A DNA stretch of 12,182 nt, taken from a virus. Its lineage: Duplodnaviria > Heunggongvirae > Uroviricota > Caudoviricetes. How positions within the stretch are numbered: position 1 is the first letter of the stretch; each line of letters opens with the position of its first letter. The notes beneath the pieces were generated by a model. It had not been told where the DNA came from. It made no database searches and worked only from the letters and a program-made list of their open reading frames with translations. Of this stretch, positions 1 to 5,896 are shown piece after piece. The stretch is taken from the IMG/VR virus record IMGVR_UViG_3300032070_000001, positions 1-12,182 of that record; one strand, written 5' to 3'. A program made the position numbers and the translations under genes.

Positions 1-650
1 ACGATGGACTCGCCGGGCGGCCCGACGATGGATTCGCCGAGATCGCCTTTGTCGCCTTTGTCGCCTTTGTCGCCTTTGTCGCCTTTGTCGCCTTTGTCAC
101 CCTTCGGGCCGACGATGGACTCGCCGGGCGGGCCGACGATGGACTCGCCGGGCGGGCCGACAATGGATTCGCCGGGGTCGCCTTTGTCGCCCTTCGGGCC
201 GACGATGGACTCGCCGGGCGGGCCGACGATGGACTCGCCGGGCGGGCCGACAATGGATTCGCCGGGGTCGCCTTTGTCGCCCTTGTCGCCCTTGTTGCCC
301 TTATCACCCTTGTCGCCCTTCGGGCCGACGATGGACTTGCCGGGTGGCCCGATGATGGACTCGCCGAGATCGCCCTTGTCACCCTTCGGGCCGACGATGG
401 ACTCGCCGAGATCGCCCTTGTCACCCTTGTCGCCCTTGTCGCCCTTGTCGCCCTTGTCGCCCTTGTCGCCCTTGTCGCCTCTGTCACCCTTCGGGCCAAC
501 GACGGACTCGCCGGGCGGCCCGACGATAGACTCGCCTGTTTCACCCTTCGGGCCAACGATGGACTCACCTGTTTCACCCTTCGGGCCAACGATGGACTCG
601 CCTGGGTCGCCTTTGTCACCCTTGTCGCCCTTCGGGCCGACGATGGATTC
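1..650 (-). repeat. Coding tandem repeats: 9-nt GGCGACAAG (GDK) runs and ~24-nt GGCGAGTCCATCGTCGGCCCGCCC/AAG (GESIVGPP/K) units
   Basis: Directly visible on the plus strand as repeated gtcgccctt(t) and gacgatggactcgccgggcgg. Confidence 0.95.
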
Positions 651-875
651 GCTGTCGTCGCTCTTCAGGCCAGGCGGCCCCGGTTGCCGGGTCAATTCGT
701 TGATTTGCGCTTCGACTCGGCAAACGAAGCTATGCAAGTCAAGGACGCCGTTTTCGACAGCAACAAGTTCTGTCGCGACGAAGTGTAGATCGGCAGGGGT
801 GGGTGGGCCGGGAATACCGGTCTCCAGAGTCGAGGGCCAGATGCCATTCCAAACTTGTTGCGGGAAGTGACTCAT
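1..875 (-). CDS. Collagen-like (Gly-X-Y repeat) protein, runs off the left edge of the window; possible phage tail fibre or surface protein
   Basis: ATG at 875 overlaps the TGA of the upstream gene (ATGA). The frame reads MSHFPQQVWNGIWPSTLETG...INELTRQPGPPGLKSDDSESIVGPKGDKGDKGDPGESIVGPKGETGESIVGPPGES... with no stop seen before base 1. It is missing from the ORF track because it has no stop; the listed plus-strand 288-aa ORF is its antisense. Confidence 0.85.
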   Translation of the reverse strand, partial: MSHFPQQVWNGIWPSTLETGIPGPPTPADLHFVATELVAVENGVLDLHSFVCRVEAQINELTRQPGPPGLKSDDSESIVGPKGDKGDKGDPGESIVGPKGETGESIVGPKGETGESIVGPPGESVVGPKGDRGDKGDKGDKGDKGDKGDKGDKGDLGESIVGPKGDKGDLGESIIGPPGKSIVGPKGDKGDKGNKGDKGDKGDPGESIVGPPGESIVGPPGESIVGPKGDKGDPGESIVGPPGESIVGPPGESIVGPKGDKGDKGDKGDKGDKGDKGDLGESIVGPPGESI

Positions 876-1099
876 TTCGTGTTCCTCGGATCGTGGTAGA
901 CGATTTCGTCAGTCTCTTGGTTGTACAAGCGGCCGGCGTCTTTGCAGAGTTGCTGGCACTCGTCGATGGTGTCGCAGTCCATGTCCTCAAACAGGTCGAT
1001 GATATGGCGGGCAACCTGATGCCGCCGCGTGATAGGAATGTCCTTACGCACGGCCGCCCAGACGTTTTCCGCCAATTCTGATCCAGAAGCCCAACCCAT
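872..1099 (-). CDS. Hypothetical protein, 75 aa (MGWASGSELAENVW...)
   Basis: C-terminal part of track ORF 872..1252. The ATG at 1099 overlaps the upstream TGA (TGATG coupling), making it the more likely start. Confidence 0.65.
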   Translation of the reverse strand: MGWASGSELAENVWAAVRKDIPITRRHQVARHIIDLFEDMDCDTIDECQQLCKDAGRLYNQETDEIVYHDPRNTK

Positions 1100-1389
1100 C
1101 ACAACCTCCCTCGGGACACGGAGAGAATGACTTGATAGCAGTAAATCGCCGGCTCGAACTTGACTTGCACGCGATAGCGGTGAACCTGCCTGCTGCACTG
1201 AGTCACAAGTGCTCGGATGGCATCGTCGAAGAGTCGTCGGCTCTTGTGCCAAGGTCGCCAGTCCACGTTGAGCGGGACCATAAGAACCTGGTGGAAAGGC
1301 TGCGAACAGTAGTTGTAGCCGCAGGCAGTAATGCCCTCTTGATCCAAAGCGTCGCGCAGGTCTTGCAGAAGGTAGTTGAGCCAGTGCAT
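1099..1389 (-). CDS. Hypothetical protein, 96 aa
   Basis: GGAGG Shine-Dalgarno just upstream of the ATG; stop coupled to the next start. Confidence 0.65.
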   Translation of the reverse strand: MHWLNYLLQDLRDALDQEGITACGYNYCSQPFHQVLMVPLNVDWRPWHKSRRLFDDAIRALVTQCSRQVHRYRVQVKFEPAIYCYQVILSVSRGRL

Positions 1390-1404
1390 GGATGACCTCC
1401 GAAA

Positions 1405-1478
1405 TAGCCCCGGCGGGAGTTGAACCCGCGTCTCCGGGTTGAAGGCCCGGTATCCTTACCGCTAGAAATGACGGGGCC
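1405..1478 (-). tRNA. tRNA-Glu(TTC), no encoded CCA, non-canonical C33
   Basis: Minus strand GGCCCCG TC ATTTCTAGCGGTAAGGAT A CCGGG CCTTCAA CCCGG AGAC GCGGG TTCAACT CCCGC CGGGGCT A. It has a 7-bp acceptor stem, a Glu-like D arm, a 5-bp anticodon stem with a 7-nt loop and a T arm. Confidence 0.85.
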
Positions 1479-1483
1479 GCCAG

Positions 1484-1750
1484 TTACTTGACCGGCGGAA
1501 GGCTGACGTGGCGACGATACAGGGTTAGTCGCTCTTCGATTTCGATGATGGCCTTATTCGGCATCGACTGAATCAGTGCCACGATGTTGTTGGCATGAGT
1601 GGCCGACATGCGCTCATAGACCACGGATGACTCAGGCGTCTTGGGTGTCTTGGGCGTGGGATTCTCTTTCGGTAGTAGGTAGTAAAGCCTCAAGAACCAA
1701 TCCGGCCCCGCTCTAAGGAGGCACTAACCCGAAGCAGGGCACCAACTCAT
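1484..1750 (-). pseudogene. Small hypothetical protein with a possible in-frame TAG at codon 9 (or a shorter gene starting at TTG 1693)
   Basis: AGGA SD and ATG at 1750 are in frame with track ORF 1484..1693: MSWCPASG*CLLRAGPDWFLRLYYLLPKENP..., with TAG at 1726-1724. Confidence 0.4.
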
Positions 1751-1758
1751 AGGGGTTC

Positions 1759-2061
1759 CTACTGGCAAAGCTTCTTCCAGACCCGCTTCATCGCCTTGTT
1801 AGCGGAGACTTGAAGCTTCTCCATGTCGGCCGTGGCCTTGACCACAACGCCGGTCAGTTCCACGGTCCTGTTTAAGTCGGCGAGCAAGGTGCCGTAGTGG
1901 TCCGCGGCAGCCGGCTCGGCGGTTTTGAGCGCGGTGCTTTTCTCTTCCAACTTGCCGCGAAGGTCCGCGATCATGTTTCGGAGGTACGTAAGGGCTTCAT
2001 GCGAAATGGATTCGCCGTTCTCGGTGGTAACAATGGTGAGATTGACACAAGCGTCGTTCAT
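1759..2061 (-). CDS. Hypothetical protein, 100 aa, probably alpha-helical or coiled-coil
   Basis: GGAG SD, ATG start, amphipathic helical composition. Confidence 0.7.
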   Translation of the reverse strand: MNDACVNLTIVTTENGESISHEALTYLRNMIADLRGKLEEKSTALKTAEPAAADHYGTLLADLNRTVELTGVVVKATADMEKLQVSANKAMKRVWKKLCQ

Positions 2062-2084
2062 CGGTGTTCTCCAAAAGGAAATGG

Positions 2085-2816
2085 TTACTCGCGCATACCT
2101 GCGAGATGCCTGATGCCCAGTCGGACTAACCGCACGACCGCCAGGGCATCGGCAATGGCAGTGTGGGCGACTTTCGTATTGATTCCAGCCCGTTCGTAAC
2201 AGGTCTTGCTATCCGGTAGCCGCTCGTCTTCAGGTTTCCAGAACAAGATGGCTGGGTCAAGGATGCGGTGACGGAAACCAAGGTGCCGGCCGAAGCCTGG
2301 CAAGCGCTTCAGGAATTGTAGGTCGAAACTGGCGAAATTCTTGCCGGCAGCCTGAATATGCAGCGGATCGAATCCGTTGGCCTGAAGCCACCGGGCAAAC
2401 TGCTCGCAGAACTCTTCTGGCTTGCAAAATTCGCAACGGGAGGTGACGGGTGGAGTGGGCGGATTAGCAATCTGCTTGAGCAGATTGGCATTCAAGGCCA
2501 TTGCAAAGGGACTGCCGGTGACCGTCTCGTAAACCAGGATGCGACGGAACCGCGGCAATTGGTCAATAAGCGTCTTCCAGTCGTCGATCACGGCTCCCAC
2601 TTCGAGCGTCTGGCAGGTCTCGGGGTCCAACCCGGTAGTCTCGATGTCGATGGAGACGTAAGGCATCTTGGGCGCAACCGGCGGCAACTTGGGATCATGG
2701 AGTCCGTGCATGATGCTTCCGCTCCATCCACAGCTAGAACAGTAGGACAGGGCGGGATTGGAAATACCGCCAGATACTTGTAACACCGCTTCACACTTCG
2801 GACAGAGTTTCTTCAT
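2085..2816 (-). CDS. DEDDh (DnaQ-superfamily) 3'-5' exonuclease with an N-terminal Zn-ribbon, 243 aa
   Basis: ExoI SIDIETTGLDP, ExoII AGKNFASFD, ExoIII HTAIAD. N-terminal CPKC...CSSC. Starts 3 nt after the Ro60 stop. Confidence 0.9.
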   Translation of the reverse strand: MKKLCPKCEAVLQVSGGISNPALSYCSSCGWSGSIMHGLHDPKLPPVAPKMPYVSIDIETTGLDPETCQTLEVGAVIDDWKTLIDQLPRFRRILVYETVTGSPFAMALNANLLKQIANPPTPPVTSRCEFCKPEEFCEQFARWLQANGFDPLHIQAAGKNFASFDLQFLKRLPGFGRHLGFRHRILDPAILFWKPEDERLPDSKTCYERAGINTKVAHTAIADALAVVRLVRLGIRHLAGMRE

Positions 2817-2819
2817 GGA

Positions 2820-4415
2820 TCAGTTTCGCGCGAAGTCAGCCATCACGGCGGGACATGAGGCGTCGAAGCCCACCACGTCCAACATCCCAGGGTCACTGGA
2901 GTCGGCGATGGTGAACTCGGTGGCCGTCATGCCGACGACGATCAGCTTGGCGTTGATCCCGGTCGTCTTGCGGTACTGGACGAGGGCCTGGGAGGGGTGA
3001 ATCTGACCGGCCCAAGTCTCGTTGTCCGTATAAACGACGAACGCATCCACCTCCAGTTGGTTTTGGAGGGCGTAGATCATGGGCTGAGCGCAATCCGTGC
3101 GGCCGTAGTCGATGCAGTCGATCTTCTCGATCACGCTGTCAAGCCGGCTGCAACGGGAGATGTTGATGGGCACCAGCACGTGCGAAAAGCCAATCAAGTG
3201 GGTCTGGGGCTCGCTCTTGAGAGTCACCATTGCCATGCAGGCTGACGCCTTGCGGGCGTCCAGACCCGTGTTGGCGAGATACTGGCACGTCATAGACCCG
3301 GACACGTCCAGGGCCAGCAGGTGCCGCTTGCCGCTGGGCTCCACGGCGTCGAAAGCCAGGTAGAAGGCGTCTTCCAGGGCGTCTCGGATTTGGGCCACCG
3401 GGTCCCAGGTCAGGCTTCCCTTGAGGCCGTGGCCTCTGCCGTAGGTGTCCAGGGCCAGCAGGACGGAGAGCGGATGGACTCGGGCGGCCTTGAGCCGGGC
3501 CAGGTCCCGCAGGGTCTCGCAGGCGGCTTGGGTTCCCCGAGAGAGGGGCTTGAGCAGCCCGATGCTGGTCATCTTTCCTAGGTTGCGGATCAAGGCCGTG
3601 GGCGGCAGGTTCGGCAGCAGGGCCTCCCAGACCGCCGGACTACCCAGGTGCGTGTTGGGGACGTGCTCCAGGGTCAAACCGTAGGTGCCGATCAAGCCGA
3701 TCAGTTCCTTCTCGGTCACGTTTGGCTGATTGGCGGCCTCAAAACCGATGATGATGTCAGGCACGCCACCAATGATCGTGTCGAAGGTTGCGCCTTTGAC
3801 GATGTAGCGATAGAGGGCGTTGTGATCGGCATCGGCTGCCGTGGGGTGGCTTAGCCGCAGAGCATCCCGATGGGTGTAGCCCACGCGGTTGCGGTACTTG
3901 GTCACCTGGTAGGCCAGCTTCTCCACCGATTTGTCGTTGTACCAGGCGGCCACGGCCTCGCGGAGTCCACGACCCCAGCCGCGCAGTTCCTTGCAGTTGG
4001 CGAGGAACTGAAACAGATGGGTGCCGATGCGGCAAACGCGGGGCAAAGCAACCAGGGCCAGATTTCGGGCGGCGTTATTCCCTCGGCTGGCCACGAGTGC
4101 CAAGGCAAAAATCGCCGGGTCGTTTTTGGGAGCGCGGCCTGCCTCGCTCACCTGGCAGATCGTCTCCACGGTGCGAGCGGGGTCTTCCTCGGCACAAGCC
4201 GTGATGCAAGTGGCGTTCTCTTGAGTCAGCTTCCGCTCGCCGACGTAGTAGGTGCCGCCTTCGGAACCGAGGATCAAGAAGCGCTGCAACCGGCCCCAGT
4301 CGTCGAGAACGTAGCTGTAACCCCCGGCATGGTTTTCTTGCTGACTGGTGCCGGGGATCGGCTCACTCTGCGGGGTCTGACATCGGGAGACGTGACGGGC
4401 GTAAGTGCGACTCAT
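2820..4415 (-). CDS. rsr: Ro60/Rsr-family TROVE-domain RNA-binding protein with a C-terminal vWA domain, 531 aa
   Basis: NHAGGYSY...RLQRFLILGSEGGTYY, PKNDPAIFALA, THLFQF, KYRNRVGYTHRDALRLSHP and LIRNLGKMT match Ro60 motifs. The vWA MIDAS motif is ALDVSGSM, followed by AFVVYTDNETW and MLDVVGFD. GGAG SD. Confidence 0.95.
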   Translation of the reverse strand: MSRTYARHVSRCQTPQSEPIPGTSQQENHAGGYSYVLDDWGRLQRFLILGSEGGTYYVGERKLTQENATCITACAEEDPARTVETICQVSEAGRAPKNDPAIFALALVASRGNNAARNLALVALPRVCRIGTHLFQFLANCKELRGWGRGLREAVAAWYNDKSVEKLAYQVTKYRNRVGYTHRDALRLSHPTAADADHNALYRYIVKGATFDTIIGGVPDIIIGFEAANQPNVTEKELIGLIGTYGLTLEHVPNTHLGSPAVWEALLPNLPPTALIRNLGKMTSIGLLKPLSRGTQAACETLRDLARLKAARVHPLSVLLALDTYGRGHGLKGSLTWDPVAQIRDALEDAFYLAFDAVEPSGKRHLLALDVSGSMTCQYLANTGLDARKASACMAMVTLKSEPQTHLIGFSHVLVPINISRCSRLDSVIEKIDCIDYGRTDCAQPMIYALQNQLEVDAFVVYTDNETWAGQIHPSQALVQYRKTTGINAKLIVVGMTATEFTIADSSDPGMLDVVGFDASCPAVMADFARN

Positions 4416-4432
4416 GGTGCAAACTCCAAAAG

Positions 4433-4492
4433 TTAGGCAAGGTGTTGTGACTGGGCGAATCGTAGAAGGATAACCCAGTCACTTCGGCCCAA
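4433..4492 (-). ncRNA. Y RNA-like small RNA, copy A
   Basis: TTGGGC-C-GAAG TGACTGGGTTATCC...GCCCAGTCAC AACAC CTTGCCTAA. It has a lower stem with a bulged C, a perfect 9-bp upper stem GTGACTGGG/CCCAGTCAC and a following TTTT, and ends 17 nt before the Ro60 ATG. Confidence 0.75.
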
Positions 4493-4511
4493 ACGTGAAA
4501 CGCTTCAAAAT

Positions 4512-4569
4512 CGGGCAAGGTGTGCCGATGGGTGAAATCTTAACAGGATAACCCAAGGGCTTCGGCCCG
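4512..4569 (-). ncRNA. Y RNA-like small RNA, copy B
   Basis: CGGGC-C-GAAG CCCTTGGGTTATCC...ACCCATCGGC ACAC CTTGCCCG then ATTTT. Same fold as copy A with a different upper-stem sequence. Confidence 0.72.
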
Positions 4570-4572
4570 GAG

Positions 4573-4660
4573 GCACGTCGATAGGACTCGAACCTACGAC
4601 TTCAGGTTTCCTTGATAACGCTGGTTTACCTGCGCTCTAGCCAACTGAGCTACGACGTGC
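4573..4660 (-). ncRNA. tRNA-like RNA with a 20-nt anticodon loop
   Basis: GCACGTCG TA GCTC AGTTGGCTA GAGC G CAGGT [AAACCAGCGTTATCAAGGAA] ACCTG AAGTC GTAGG TTCGAGT CCTAT CGACGTGC. The D and T arms are canonical, the acceptor stem is 8 bp, there is no 7-nt anticodon loop and no CCA. Confidence 0.8.
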
Positions 4661-4673
4661 ATTTGGTTGTTAA

Positions 4674-4895
4674 TCAGGCAGTGTACCGCGTGATGCCGTC
4701 CCGCACTGCCTTGCCGCGAAGTGTCTTGATCTTCATGCCTTTCGCGCGAAGATGACTGAGTTGGACAGTCAAATTGGCGCGCTTGACCTTGCGACGAGTC
4801 TTCTTGCCGACTTATTCGACAAGTTGAGTCATTGTGTACCGCCGGCCGCTGCGAAGAACGGCCTTCAATGCTTCTTGCTGATTCGGTCGCGTCAT
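4674..4895 (-). pseudogene. Small basic, winged-HTH-like protein interrupted by an in-frame TAA at codon 28
   Basis: AGGA SD and ATG at 4895: MTRPNQQEALKAVLRSGRRYTMTQLVE*VGKKTRRKVKRANLTVQLSHLRAKGMKIKTLRGKAVRDGITRYTA*. TAA at 4814-4812; the frame stays protein-like on both sides. The fold call is by eye. Confidence 0.55.
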
Positions 4896-4942
4896 GGGTT
4901 CTTCCTAAATGGTTGAGTGGAAACAAACGGACAAGTTTTCAG

Positions 4943-5019
4943 TGGACCCTGCCGGGACTCGAACCCGGATCAGTCGTCGGCAAAGCCAAAGCTGTGCTGC
5001 CATTACACCACAGAGTCCA
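4943..5019 (-). ncRNA. tRNA-like RNA (D arm resembles tRNA-Gln) with a malformed anticodon arm
   Basis: TGGACTCTG TG GTGT AATGGCA GCAC AGCTTTGGCTTTGCCGACGACTGAT CCGGG TTCGAGT CCCGG CAGGGTCCA. The T arm is perfect, but no 5-bp stem with a 7-nt loop can be drawn in the anticodon region (best is TTGGC-TTT-GCCGA). Confidence 0.72.
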
Positions 5020-5024
5020 TAAAG

Positions 5025-5086
5025 CGCGGGCAAGGGTATGCCAGTGGGTAAACTGATGATAGGTAACCCATCGACTTTGGCCCGCG
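5025..5086 (-). ncRNA. Y RNA-like small RNA, copy C
   Basis: CGCGGGC-C-AAAG TCGATGGGTTACC...ACCCACTGGC ATACC CTTGCCCGCG then CTTT. It has a 7-bp terminal stem, a bulged C, and a G-to-A change that keeps pairing with U. Confidence 0.7.
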
Positions 5087-5101
5087 TGTTTCACGGTCTT
5101 G

Positions 5102-5464
5102 TTAAACTCCTAGTTCTTGGAGGATTCGGATTTCGACTTTCGTGAGTTTCTTGAGTGCTTGGCGTCGGTAAGCAGTGAGTCGGTCGTACTCGCGGCACGC
5201 TTGCCGGTGCGCTTCGAGGATTTTCTGGTACGCTTGGCGGCAGGCCGCTTTCGTCCCTTGCCCCGTGCCGTGGCAAGTGGCGCAACGGATGGGTCGGTCG
5301 AGTCGGTAGTTGTCTTCCGGGAAGACGCTTTCGATGCAGACTTCAATCGTTTGTGTCCCTTTTCCTCGGCAGACGAGGCAAGGGTAGGGGCGGATGGCAT
5401 CACTTCCGTGGGCGAAGCAGAAGAGTCCGAAGTTCTTATAAGGTCGTCGGGGGCGGCTTCGCAT
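5102..5464 (-). CDS. Hypothetical protein with two DnaJ-type CxxCxGxG zinc-binding motifs, 120 aa
   Basis: CLVCRGKG and CATCHGTG; GAGGA SD upstream of ATG 5464. Confidence 0.75.
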   Translation of the reverse strand: MRSRPRRPYKNFGLFCFAHGSDAIRPYPCLVCRGKGTQTIEVCIESVFPEDNYRLDRPIRCATCHGTGQGTKAACRQAYQKILEAHRQACREYDRLTAYRRQALKKLTKVEIRILQELGV

Positions 5465-5895
5465 TCCTCTTCCTCATAGTCTGCACGTTGTCGCACTGGG
5501 CGACTATCACTAAGAATGTCGTAAATCCGTCGATTCAGTTTTGTCTCGACCCATGCCGGGAAACCGATTGGAATGTGTCCGCCGAACAGTTCCTTCAAGG
5601 CCCGGATGCCGGTCACCTCGGTGGCCTTGGTCCAGAGCCGGTAATGCTGTTCACACTCTTCCTGAGCCGCTTTCAAGGTTTTAATGAGCCGCCGTTCGCG
5701 GTTCACGAAGTCCCATCCTGGTCGCAGTTCTCCGTCACTGTAAGGAATCAAGGTACGGACGCACGCTTGATACCTAGCGGGTATTTGAACGCCTCGGTAT
5801 TCACATCTCCAGATGATCCGGTAGCCTTCCTCCGTGAACCAACTGCGGCGGACCTTCTGGTCTTGGCCTTTTTTCTTTTTGCGGATGAATTCCAT
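5110..5895 (-). CDS. Hypothetical protein, 261 aa, with a globular-looking N-half and a Ser/Lys/Arg-rich tail overlapping the Zn-finger gene
   Basis: Long ORF whose ATG lies immediately after the last CRISPR-like repeat. The true 3' extent is uncertain. Confidence 0.65.
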   Translation of the reverse strand: MEFIRKKKKGQDQKVRRSWFTEEGYRIIWRCEYRGVQIPARYQACVRTLIPYSDGELRPGWDFVNRERRLIKTLKAAQEECEQHYRLWTKATEVTGIRALKELFGGHIPIGFPAWVETKLNRRIYDILSDSRPVRQRADYEEEECEAAPDDLIRTSDSSASPTEVMPSAPTLASSAEEKGHKRLKSASKASSRKTTTDSTDPSVAPLATARGKGRKRPAAKRTRKSSKRTGKRAASTTDSLLTDAKHSRNSRKSKSESSKN

Positions 5896-5896
5896 T

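Noticed and set aside
1-650. Repeats as a CRISPR array or non-coding VNTR
   Set aside because: Unit lengths are multiples of three, there are no unique spacers, and they translate as collagen.
4-870. Plus-strand 288-aa MDSPGGPT/SPL repeat ORF
   Set aside because: It is the antisense shadow of the Gly-X-Y gene, which has a coupled start and matches the direction of all neighbouring genes.
1724-1761. Stop-codon reassignment (TAG read as sense)
   Set aside because: TAG at 1761-1759 ends a gene right at the next SD, the other internal stop is TAA, and no suppressor tRNA is present.
4433-4569. Y-like copies as CRISPR repeats, REP elements or terminators
   Set aside because: They conserve structure and short motifs rather than sequence, are irregularly spaced, and have a bulge and internal loop rather than a simple stem plus a long U tract.
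4603-4632. Intron in the tRNA-like anticodon loop
   Set aside because: Only 13 extra nt, with no group I core and no convincing bulge-helix-bulge.
4594-4926. 110-aa track ORF across the RNA cluster
   Set aside because: It overlaps a tRNA-like gene and is out of frame with the better-supported SD-led HTH-like frame.
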